Source of the DNA: Podarcis vaucheri
Taxonomy: Eukaryota
Assembly: GCA_965113315.1 (NCBI GenBank)
Contig: OZ220367.1
Reading direction: 5' to 3' (one strand)
DNA length: 64,000 nt
The first letter of the stretch is position 1, and each line of letters opens with the position of its first letter. Both the position numbers and the translations under genes were made by a program. Shown here in pieces: positions 51,273 through 62,800 of this stretch. A model generated the notes under the pieces. It had not been told where the DNA came from. It ran no database searches and saw only the letters and a list, made by a program, of their open reading frames with translations.

Positions 51273-51513
51273 CAGTCAAACCCCGTTTGTCGAATGTAAT
51301 CCGTTCCAGAAGCTCGTTTGGCTTCTGAAATATTCAACAACCAAGGCACAGCTTCCGATTGGTTGCAGGAACTTCCTGCACTCAAGCGGAAGCCACGTCA
51401 GATGTTTGGCTTCCAAAAAATGTTCAAAAACCAGAGCATTTACCTCTGGGTTTTCGGTGTTCAGGAGCCAAAACGTTCCAAAACGGAGGTGTTCAGGATC
51501 CGAGGTTTGACTA
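51273..51513. mobile_element. Tc1/mariner (Tigger-like) MITE, inverted relative to 49993-50243
   Basis: TIRs cagtcaaacc / ggtttgacta, TA flanks; interior is a diverged reverse complement of the 49993 copy. Confidence 0.82.
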
Positions 51514-52936
51514 TATTACCAAACCATGTCTGAATGGAGCCACTATTAGAAGCTGGCTACTGATTCCAACGAAAAAGCATTCACATTAGTTTCTTATCAG
51601 GATTGCTCAGGCCTATCTCTCACAAATGAGTGAATACTCCTGTTTCTCAGCTGTACCATTGCAGATTTCTGTTAGGGGCTCAACAAGATTGAATGCTCTT
51701 CCATTTAAAAAAATGCATAGAAAACTAGATGGCTAGGAGAAGGATCCTTGCCTTTCTCTCTAATATGTTAGTTTTCTATGTGTATTTCTTTTGAATGGAG
51801 GAACATTCAATCACTTTAAATCTCTAACCATTTACTGAAGTGGTACAGTCCAAACACAGGTTTGCCACATGAGACAACTAGAGCTCAGATTGCCTGAAGT
51901 GGAAACTTATACTCTTATTTTGTAGCTTCTCTTTACCTGAGCTCTAATTGTTGGGTACATAAACCTCATATCTGAATATTTGCAAGCCCACATAATCCAT
52001 GGAAACTTCCTTTCTAGCTCATTCATAAACAGTGTTTGCCAATCTCTGAATCAGAATCGTATGAAGTATCTTAAGTAAAAATATAATTGTTCAGTCCAAT
52101 ACATGTTCAAATGCATGCATAGGACATCATCCTAGAAAACAGGTTTTTTTCAATCTAGTTTACTAATTATACTGAGATTTCAAATCAGCATTCAATTACA
52201 ATGTCAATCAAGCAGTTCTTTCAGTGTGAAACTGAAGAAAGAATCAATGGAAAAAGTGACCGAACTAATGATGTAAACCAAGCTTTCCATTCGGTTATTT
52301 GAACTATCCTTGAGAAAGTCGGGCAAACTTAACAACTATCGTCAGTAAGCTAAAATGATAGAACCTTGGCCTAACTGAAACCCTGTCACAGTCCAAAGCA
52401 GGGGTAACCAACGTGGTACCTGTTGTTGAACTATAACTCCCATCAACTTCAGCCAGCATGAGCAGTTGTCAGGACAGCAGCCATATTTTAGTACTTAAAC
52501 TGGGCTATAAAGATCCTGGATAGAGTATGGCTTCTCAACAGCATTCCCCTGGGTTCTGTTCAATCACTGTTGGGCTTTCTTTCGTTTGTTAAATTAACTA
52601 GAAGAATACTGGAAACTTAAAGGACCCCAACACACCAGCATATTTAACTGAGTCACATTGATTTTAATGGAACTTGCTTCCAAGTAAGTATGCTTAGGAT
52701 TGCAGTCTCAAGAGGCCAAATAAAAGGTGAACTGTGCTTATTAAGGTCACTTCTTAGACCTGTTTATTGAGCATTCATCCTATTTTTTGTTAGCAAAAGG
52801 CTTGCAAGGAGGTTAGACAACATCATTTTGATTTGTTTGAAGGGAGTTTACACAATATTGCATCAAGCAATTGTTACCCCCCATTTTCACAATACTTTCC
52901 TCATCACAAAAGGTCTAGTTTTATGGGAAACACATT

Positions 52937-52969
52937 TAATAATAATAATAATAATAGTAATAATAATAA
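52937..52969. repeat. (TAA)n microsatellite, retroposon tail
   Basis: TAA run followed by tttatttataccctgccctccccagcc. Confidence 0.85.
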
Positions 52970-55900
52970 ATTTTATTTATACCCTGCCCTCCCCAGCCAA
53001 GACTGGATTCAGGGTGGTTAACACCAGGTAAAAACAATTGATTAAAATACAACTTAAAAACAAGATTAAGTAATTTGATGTACAAGAGCATCAAATCAAC
53101 CACATTTGTGCTCCTTGATTTGGCAGTATGTGACTGAACCCCACCTGAAAATAGCAACAGTCTAACAGCACCTCAAGATCATTTAATAGTTAGTTTTTAA
53201 AATGAACAAGGGATGTACTCATGACATTTCACTGAGTCTGGTCCAGACACTGCAGTCAAAAGGTTTCTTAGCAACAATTAGGATACAGGTAGGGTTCCCC
53301 GCTAGGTCACAACCTGCAGAACCTTCTCATCTCTTGGGTAGAGCCACAGCCATTAAACAGGATTCAGCTGTGGCTTTTCCTGTTTCTCCTCCTGGGCCTC
53401 TTACGCACCCTCCACCCCCAGCTGCTGTGTGTCAAAACAAGAGTTTCTCTGGCTGCAGCAGGTGGGGGAAGTGTGAGTGTGGAAACTGAAGCTGCATCCT
53501 CCTTCAGAGCTGCAGCAATATTAAAGTAACAAAAGGATTCACATGGTTGACGCCTGGCAAGCCTTGATGCATATAGGGATGTCGAATCTGGATCTTGATC
53601 AGCTAAGCTCACACACTGCAGAAGAACTCCCATTTGTGTAAGAACAAAAGAACATCCAAAATGGTGGTTGTTGCATATGCTTGTTTGCAGATAAAGTACC
53701 AGTAACTCTTTGCAGGATCCACTTTTCCAAAACTCTTGAGAGCCTCCAGCTTGCATAGATTTTCCTGCACATTTTTAAAAATACTAACTTTTAAAAATCC
53801 CAGTATAAACACATCTTTCATTGGAAATTGAGGGTGGTTTATTTTTGCTATCCTTTTCTATTACTTTACCTTGTTGATCTGACACGTCTTAGCCCCTATA
53901 AAGCCCCCTCCCCCCAATTCATCAAGGAGCTCTGTTCCTCTTCTGTTGTGCACGTAATTTTAAGAGCCTAGAGGTCACCCGCAACAGATTTCACCTCTCT
54001 GCCTCCTGACTTTGGGGCTCTTATAGCACCTGCCACAGCTTTCCCCAGGGCAGCCATCATTGCTTCTTATTCCAGTTTGTCACTAAGTACGAGAGAGAGA
54101 AATCAAGGGGCAGTAGCTGTCATTTGTTCAAACACAACTGTTGCCATGCAACAGTCACAGTGCCACAATTAATGCTTTTCAGATTTTGCTCTGCAGTGCA
54201 GCTATTTGCATAGCTGGATGCTGAAACATGTCTATTTGCACAGAGCTGTCACTGGCTGGTGTTCTGTTCTCAATTAGTATGTGTGCACAAATCCCTACAT
54301 GCACATATGCAGTCTGTGTTTTTTTTGTTGTTGTTTTGTTTTCTTCTGAAGGATGTGCACAGGCTGCTAAAAAACATTTTAAAATTTCTGAGCAATGCTG
54401 GTGATTTTTAGGGTGGGGGCAGGAGATTAGCTACAATAGCAAACAACAGTAATCTTCAGTTTGTAGGGATTTGGAGGGTTTACCTGAGAAATGTAGTTTT
54501 TGAAGTTCAGGCCATTCAGTTTGGCCCCTATTTGTATAACCACCAAAATCTTCAACTTAACACACAAAACACCCCTCTATTTCCCACTTCCTTAATATGA
54601 CCAAAACAGATGCATCTTCCCCAGCTACAGAACAGACTGTTTGGAATCCATCTAACTGAACTGCTGTATATCCAAATAAGAGGGGTGCGTGTGACCCAAT
54701 TAATCACCCACTGCCTCCCAAGTTTCCTTTCCATCTCCATTTAGCCCCCTGGTAAATCAGTTTGACAGAGTATATGTTTACAGGTATGTTTTGTACCTCA
54801 AAGGCACAAGAAGAAGCAGCAGAACAAAAGTTCAAGGCTAAGTGTTTCTGTTCCTTTCAGATCACTCTAAGCACCACGATTATAGCTCTGTAAAAAAAAC
54901 AAGACATAGCTATAAACTTATAAAACCCAGCCCTGTGTTTTTTTTAATACATCAAGAGGGAGACAGTTCTCTCCCTCTCCCTTATGCTTTTCAGCAGCCA
55001 ACTCACAAAACAGATTATCAGCAGCAGAAGTCCCAGCACCCAGCTGTAGCAGAACTTCCTCTCCCCTTCAGACTGAGAGGGCAACAGAAACCTCAGTCAG
55101 AACATGAAAAAGAGTTTGAATTTGTCACAAGATGGACATGGTTTTGAGCCTGGGCTGCAGAGGCTTTAGAAAGGTCAGTGAAGAAGTGACACATCGCCTC
55201 TGTGCAGAAACACCCCTTATGAACAGTGGTCCAGACCTCCTCATAGCAACCCAAAAAACACAGGTAGTTAGTTTGAAAAACTGCAGCCCACACCTGGATG
55301 GGCTGAAGAAGAAGAAAAACACACTAGTTTCACCCTTAAATGCATTTTCAGAACACCAATAATGCCCTTTATTCCTGAATGAATCTCTTGCTGATGATTT
55401 TTTAAAAAGGGGGAGACCCACTTCAAACTGAATAAAATTTTCCATCAATGTGGTTTTTTTCATGTAGAAAATGCAACAAACAAACAAAACTAAGGCCAGT
55501 TTGTGTTGCCTGTGTTGTTTCAGACTGGCTAGTTTATGAATCAGAACAACAAAAGCATTGGCCATAACCTGGAACAAGTCTCGTGCTTCCCCCCATTTGT
55601 CACCCAAATGCAGGGTGGTTGGCAGAAATTAGTCTACTCTGAACACACAGGGAAATCTGAGCCAGAAAAAAATAGTTTATGAATTAAGGGACCTGTAAAG
55701 AGGAGGGGTAGATTTTGTACATAATTCTTAAAAAAGCCAAATACATAGGCAATCAAACCTACAAGTCCCTTGATTTTCTTTGTTTTTGATTATGTCTTTT
55801 GGATTAATATACTTTATATGGGAGAGCAAGGCAGAATTTTAGCCCTTCAGAGTATGGAATTTTGGAAGTACTATACATTTTTTAAAAGCAACCTTCTTCA

Positions 55901-57893
55901 CTATCTGAATCCAATCAAGTTAGGTAAGGAAGCCTCTGCAACCTATATCAAGGGTACCTGATCTGTGCATTTTATTTCTTTCCAGAGTGTTCTGCTCTCC
56001 TTCCCACCCACCCACCCTCACCCACCCACTTTCCCCCATACAACATTTTAATCACCAGCTGTGACGCATCTAACAACCTTCTTGTGGCTAATTGAAAAAC
56101 GTTATCATTCAGTCCATCCCTTTTAAACCAGGGGAGATTTATCATGCTGAAACATTAACCCACGTACTGCTTTCATTTCAAGGGCTTTTCACAATGGTCC
56201 TTGCTAATTTTTCTGATTATCAAGGACATTGGGGAGCTTTTCTTCCTCTCCCCCCCGCCACGGGTGAATGCATGGTGTTCCTGCCGCTGATAGTACAAAC
56301 ATCACTCACTCACTTAACAGCTGGGCGTCGTGGCAGCCACCACGGCCACCTTTATAAAATAAAAACACAAATAAAAGCGTACAAACTTATGAACTGATGA
56401 AAGGCTTTAAACATGAAACTCAAGCCCAGAACAAAAATCTTCTAATCTAACAATTCCAGGGCTTTGAGAATGATCTCCGTAGCTAGAAATAGAAGCCACA
56501 AGCTACAGAGGGCTAGCTGACCCAAGGCCACCTCTACTACATTAAAAGGTTAGTACTGTACAGGTTTATATAAGTCTCGATTTTACTACACTCTATGAAC
56601 AGAAGATACCATTCATTCGCTTAGCACAAGTTCATACATCAAATCCACGAGTTATCTTAAAAACTTCAGGTGAGGATGTCAACCAATCATTAGAAAATGG
56701 ATGAGCATCTTTAAAACATCACATGATGCCCGTATCCTGTGCAAACAGAAGTTTTTAAGAGAAGATAAATATATGGATAACAATTAATTGCTGTTATGTG
56801 AGTAAAGCATTTGTTATTTATATAGATTTATATGCTAGCCTCATATTACTTATTATAACCCAGCCTAGAACTATGGCAAACAAAGCGGATAAGAAATACA
56901 AATAAATAAAATTATACAGTAGCTAAGGGTATAATCTGGGGTCCTCAGTGCAAAATAATGGGCAATACAGCACTCTCAGGCACCTGACTTGGTGCCCCCC
57001 AATCCTCCTGCCCTCTTAATTTTTTTTTAATTTAGTTCTTTAGCTTCTTGGAGAATGTTGACTGTGTTTTTTCCTGTGTTTTATTTGCTTGGGGTGTACA
57101 GTGTTATGTCTGTGTTTTTGGGAGGGGGATTCACAGCATCTCCAGTTTTTTCTTGTGTGAAACTGGCACTTTATAGTGGCTACAACAGTTTATTCAATTT
57201 CCAAATGTGCCCTTTGACAAATAAAAGTTGAGGACTCCTACAAATGCCTTGAGTTATCTCTCATGATTAAGGCTACCCACGCTAGACAAAAGGCACCATC
57301 AGTGCAGTGGCACAGAAAGGGGGTGCAGTGGGTGTGGGCCGCCCTGAGTGTCATCACTGAGGGGGTGACAAAGTGGCAAAAATATGTGTTTCTGGGTCAC
57401 TACTGGGTGTGCCGCAATGCTCAGTCATGCACATATTGAACGTGTGTAAATGGGGGCTGCCTGTACTGTACACACACAGCCACAGCCCCCCCCCCCCCAA
57501 CACCAGTATCTACTTACTTCTGCATAGAATAGGATCTTAAGACCACTACCATGGTTGCCAGTTCATTTCTGGGCCCAATTCAATGTGTTCATGTTAGTGT
57601 TTAAAACTGTAAATGACACAGGCCCCAATTTTCTGAAAGACTGCCTCATTCCCTATAGACCAGGGGTCTGCAACCTTTAAGACAAAAAGAGCCACTTGGA
57701 CCCGTTTCCGGAAAAAAAACAACAACTGGGAGCCGCAAAAACATTGCAACATTTAAAACAAATATAACACTGCATATATTGTTTCTGGCCTTAATGCTAT
57801 ATATACAGGATGGTGCAGTCAGCTGTCAATCTCAAGAAAAAAGGACAAATTAATAGCTAATTAAAATATTTAATTTACAACCAGGTAACCAGG

Positions 57894-58062
57894 TTAATGG
57901 GACTTTTGCTCCTGAACCTCAGTGCTCAGTGTCTGCACATCAGGGCTGTAAGACGTCACCTTCATTTTCACACAGGCTTGCAAGCTGTCATCTGTGAGGC
58001 GTGATCGGTGTTTGTTTTTAATATAGTTCATGTTGGAGAAGACCTGCTCACATACATATGTG
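57894..58062 (-). pseudogene. hAT transposase C-terminal (dimerisation domain) remnant
   Basis: STYVCEQVFSNMNYIKNKHRSRLTDDSLQACVKMKVTSYSPDV...QEQKSH*, matching the STYxCExxFS...RSRL motif of Charlie/SPIN-type transposases. Confidence 0.88.
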
Positions 58063-58200
58063 GAAGAGACCACGAGGGCCATAGAGTCCAACCCCCTGCC
58101 AAGCAGGAAACACCATCAGAGCACTCTTGACATATGGTTGTCAAGCCTCTGCTTAAAGACCTCCAAAGAAGGAGACTCCACCACACTCCTTGGCAGCAAT
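58062..58200 (-). mobile_element. CR1 LINE 3'-end fragment inside the hAT element
   Basis: gggccatagagtccaaccccctgcc...gtcaagcctctgcttaaagacctccaaagaaggagactccacc, reverse complement of a CR1 3' end. Confidence 0.7.
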
Positions 58201-58260
58201 TCACCATACTTTCACCTGCTTAAGTTTAAGAAGGGGCTTCAGGCAACTAACTCCACGTGG

Positions 58261-58626
58261 AATTCCACGCGACCGCGACTGCATAATCAATGCCACAAAA
58301 TGCCAAAGAAAATTAACCAGGGCCCCAGTGAACCATAAATCATAATCAGTGCCTGATGTAAATAATAATTAATAATGAGGGCCCAATGTCATCCTCGTCA
58401 TTATAAAAATAATCCCTCTCTTCGTGCCGCCCAGCCTCCCAAGAAAAAAACCCCACTTCAAACGGTCACAAAGCACAAATTCCACGCGACCGCGACTTGC
58501 TATGCCCAATAATCAATGCCCCAAAATGCCATAGAAAATTAATCAGGGCCCCAGTGTACCATAAATCATAATCAGTGCCTGATGTAAATAATAATTAATA
58601 ATGAGGCATTTGTCATTATAAAAATA
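58261..58626. repeat. ~150-bp diverged direct duplication
   Basis: aattccacgcgaccgcgact...gtcattataaaaata at 58261-58411 and 58478-58626. Confidence 0.9.
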
Positions 58627-58816
58627 CCGTATTTTTCGCCCCATAGGAAGCTCCGTCCCATAGGACGCACCTAGTTTTTTTGGGGGGAAATAAAGGGGAA
58701 AAAATTTCCCTTTATTTCCCCCCAAAAAACAGGTCGGGGAAACCGAACCAGGTCGAGGAACAGCGGGATGGCGGCGCTGCGCCTCCCTGCTGTCCCCCGA
58801 GCTTGTGGGGCTGGCC

Positions 58817-59190
58817 GATGTCTGCCTGGCGAGGGGGGCGCTCTGCTTTAGGGCGCCCCGCCGGCCGGGCGGCAGGCTGCCATCCGCAGCGTGGGGAGCC
58901 TTGCCGGGAAGTCCGGCAAGGCTCCCCACGCTGCGGATGTCTGCCTGGCGAGGGGGGCGCTCTGCTTTAGCGTGCCCCGCCGGCCGGGCGGCAGGCTGCC
59001 ATCCGCAGCGTGGGGAGCCTTGCCGGGAAGTCAGGCAAGGCTCCCCACGCTGCGGATGTCTGCCTGGCGAGGGGGGCGCTCTGCTTTAGGGCGCCCCACC
59101 GGCCGGGCGGCAGGCTGCCATCCGCAGCGTGGGGAGCCTTGCCGGGAAGTCAGGCAAGGCTCCCCACGCTGCGGATGTCTGCCTGGCGAG
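58817..59190. repeat. 119-bp GC-rich tandem repeat (3 units plus partial) within a truncated Tc1/mariner element starting at 58627
   Basis: Units start 58817, 58936, 59055, 59174; lone TIR ta|ccgtatttttcgcc at 58627. Confidence 0.92.
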
Positions 59191-59445
59191 GGGAGGAGGC
59201 GAGGGGCGGAGGCGAGGGGAGGAGGCGAGGGGCGGAGGCGAGGGGCGGAGGTGAGCAGCCTGCCGCCCCTCGCCTCCTCCCCTCGCCTCCGCTCCTCGCC
59301 TCCTCCCCTCGCCACCGCCCCTCGCCTCCTCCCCTCGCCTCCGCTCCTCGCCTCCTCCCCTCGCCACCGCCCCGGAGCCGCAGCAAAGGCTTTAAAGAGC
59401 CGCATGCGGCTCCGGAGCCACAGGTTGCCGACCCCCGCTATAGAC

Positions 59446-59878
59446 CATGGGTAGGCCAACTAAAGCCTGCGGGCCAGATCAGGCCCAACTGCCTTCTGGA
59501 TCCGGCCCGCAGATGGTCTGGGAATCGCCGCGTGGATTGCCAGCACGTGCGTTCTTTCCCTCTCCCTCACAGGGCAGCGCCGGCAGCGCCTCCTCCCTCC
59601 CTCCTCCTGGCTTCTCCCCACCCTGCCTAGAGGAGAAAAGGGGTTGGGCTTTGTTGGTGCCAGCAGCAGCAGCGCTTGAGCGGCCGCCATTTTAAGCAGC
59701 CCCTCTCCGGAGCCCTTTGGCGCGCTGCTCATCGTATCCCCCCCATCGCTGCCAGCCTCTGCCGCTCACAAGACACAAGTAAGCAGCCACCGGGGCTCGT
59801 GGTGCTCTTGCATCATTCCCCCATCAAGTCTGAGGGACAGTGGACTGGCCCCCTGCTGAAAAAGTTTGCTGACCCCTG
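59446..59878. mobile_element. Second non-autonomous hAT element, 433 bp
   Basis: Ends catgggtaggccaact / agtttgctgacccctg; TSD ctatagac / ctataaac (59438-59445, 59879-59886). Confidence 0.85.
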
Positions 59879-62800
59879 CTATAAACCATCTCAAGTGCAG
59901 CAACTTGTGGGCGGTGTAGCAGCCTCAGAGAGGACCTTCTCTGTGGTGGCCCCTAAGTACTTCTTCCCCACAGAGGTGTGTCTGGCACCTCTTTACCCTG
60001 ACCTTTGACACTTGAGGTGTATATCTTAAGATGGGCCTTATTTTGCCATTTTAAGTTGTCTTAAACCGTTTTTAATAGGTTTTAAATGTTTTAACTCACC
60101 CTGGGACCTTAGATGAAGTGCAAGAACCCATCCATCCATCCATGAGTACCAGTAGACATGACTGCAGCAGAACCAAACAGGACAGAGTTCTGCTTTCTTT
60201 CACAAATTGAAACCAGTGCCAATAGGGGCTAATGGAATCCTTATTACTAGGACTATGCTAGAGTTGACTGGATTCTCTCAGAGAAAAATGCACTATTCAA
60301 ATCTCAGCCTGGAAATTAGCACCGTTTTCAGTGTTGTGTTGCTGAGTAAATTTGATGTTAAAGTTTATTTACATGCCTGAAACCTCACAATGCTATTTCA
60401 AAAGGATTGTGTGTGTGTGCATGTGAGTAAAACTAAAGGATTAAGGACAAAGTTATAATAAAAGGGAAAAGTCACAGCAAGGTGCCTTAGCCAAAGCTAA
60501 CAGCATGACATGGAAATCATGCAGAGCCCTCCCTCCTCAATTGACAGGGCAGTGAGGAAGGGAAATCCAGCCTTGACTTCCCACCTGTATTATGTTATGT
60601 TGAAAGAAGTATATAGAGTTTCTCTACTGCTGTGCGATGAACTGAATGCAAATTATGCTCCTTGCAGCAGATGGAAGGATTTTGCTACCTGAAATAACAG
60701 CCACCTGAATTTTCTACTGCCTGTATTACTCTTCCCCCTCTTCTCACCCACAGCACAGGAAGCTTTGCTAGTGAAATGAGCTGTTGTTGGGTCTTAAAAT
60801 ATTTCCAATTAGTTGAATCAAATATCTGGAGTCTACAGGCAAACACAGAGCTTAGCAATACAGTGAACAGAATGAAGTGCTGCCAGTTACTCTTGTTATG
60901 CAGAAATAAGTAGCATTTTTAACAAAATCACATTATTTGGGCTCGTATACAGGCATTTCAGGCATAGGTAGTACTAGGCCTGCTGTCAGGCTAGTTATTA
61001 ATACTAACATCAAATCTTCAGCCTATGTGGCATATGAATCACTAAAGAAAATGGCTCCTTTGCTTGTTCTGCAGCCAGCAGCACCAACTGCTCCCACGCA
61101 TGACTCACTAATAACAGCACACATATTGGGAAGTGAAACCCCACTAAACTCAGTCAGACTTCCTTCCCAGTAAAGGTGTTTAGATTCAGGCTGCTACCGT
61201 CAGCGCCTCCAGCTAAACCTATCGTGAGGGCTGCCACATTGAAAGGACTGGAAGGTTGTCATTCAAACAGAAATCCACTGGGCAAAGATTATTTTTTCCC
61301 CAAAATCCCATTTGATTTGCAAATAATAATTTAAAAAAATGAATAAATTGTTTGGTGATCCAAGGACGTTGGAGGATGTTTGTGCAGGCAAACATGTTTC
61401 TTGCTTATACTGACCAAAACAGAAAGGATGAATTGTACACCACATCTCTTGGTTCAGTCGCACTTCCTAACTGGGTTCACTGCCGATTCGATAAGCTTGA
61501 AAGAAAACAGCCTAATTAACACAGGGATGAATCCAGACTTCACTCCTGTTGACATGCACATCCTCTGAGCAGAGTCCCACATCAGAGAACACTTTCTCTA
61601 GCAGAGTAACTTCTGCAGATTCCCTCTCCCTCTGCAGCCCCCAGTGCCACTGCCTACACTCTGCCGGAGTATTGGTGGGTACTCCAGAACAACATGGGAA
61701 GTGGTACTGGGAGCTCCAGGTGATGGAGAAATCTGCAAAGTTGGTTCATCCCATCCACCAGCAAGATCCCTCTGCTGAATCAAAACCCTTCCATGGATTG
61801 AGTCAGTCTCTCTGTCAACAGAAGTTAAAGACAAATTTGCCTATTCCTAGTATGGATTACTTAGCTAAAATACAGTGTATAGATAATTAATTACACCTGG
61901 CCCACCAAGGCTTTAATTGTACTGTAGTAGCTTTTACCTATATGGATGCCCATATACATGGAAAGCCTGGCATTCCCCAGATGTGTATACAAAAGCACAT
62001 ACTGGCATATTTTTGTTTCCAAAATTCAGACTATTCCTGCAGTAAAGATGGGTAGAAGATCAGAATTTCATCCAGCAATTGAGAGCACAGATTGTTGCCA
62101 AAGTAGGTCAGTTTACTTGAACACTAATTGGTCAGAACTTCCCAGGAAGCAAGTGCACCCCATGTTATTTAGTTGAAAGGTAGAGCTGTTGCCAGTTTTT
62201 GTGCATTTGTTCTTGTGCATCTGGGAAACAACCTGCCCAGACAACCCTCCTGAAAAGAGTCTAAGGCTGTGGGAGAGGAATCAATAGGTTTCCAATCCCT
62301 CTCCTAAAACAAAGTTTGGGAAGGGAAGAAAAGAATACTATGCTTCAAGGTGTTAAGTGCAATGTTTAGGTAAAAGGAAGAATGTCCTTACTCCCCCACC
62401 CCAAAAAAATCATGGGGTGCCACCATGTTTAGTTAGGGCAATAGGGCAGACCGCACAATTTCAAAAGCAACTTACACCGCCACATTGGATCTGTGACGGA
62501 CCGAAGGTTTGAGAGAGAGGTGAATTAGTAAAGGACTGTGTGTAGTAAATGCATATGGGGAATATATCGGCGAAAGAACTGTACTCCAACTTGACAGATC
62601 TTTAACACCTATATATAAACCACAATTCCCAAGATTCTGTGGCATTCTAATGTCACATTGAGAACAAAACTCTGGATGGGGACAGGCAAAGGGAAGGAGG
62701 GGTAGCTTTAGTTCTCAAAAGACTTTCATTGTATTTTGTGAGACAAACTAAATGGTCTACAGTCTGGAACACCATCAAGAATAGATAGGCAACAGCAGGC

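Larger units (their letters stand above)
57661..59437. mobile_element. Composite non-autonomous hAT (Charlie-like) element, 1777 bp
   Basis: TIRs caggggtctgcaacct / aggttgccgacccccg; 8-bp TSD ctatagac (57653-57660, 59438-59445). Confidence 0.9.
57545..60120 (+). mobile_element. Degraded L2-like fragment split by two hAT insertions (approximate ends)
   Basis: Flanks 57545-57660 and 59887-60120 join into L2-like sequence (tgggcccaattcaa...; gaggaccttctctgtggtggcccct). Confidence 0.55.

Noticed and set aside
53364-53756. 130-aa - strand ORF with an internal acceptor at 53615
   Set aside because: No recognisable homology; immediate stop in the PALI1 frame and only weak donors.
54478-54500. Recursive splice motif tttctcag|gtaaac on the LCOR strand
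   Set aside because: Short pyrimidine tract and modest intron size; likely chance.
58817-59190. CRISPR-like array of palindromic repeats
   Set aside because: Spacers are identical parts of a 119-bp tandem unit, eukaryotic context, no cas genes.
58700-59800. CpG-island promoter and GC-rich ORFs of 94-206 aa
   Set aside because: Entirely within TSD-bounded transposons; ORFs are repeat translations.
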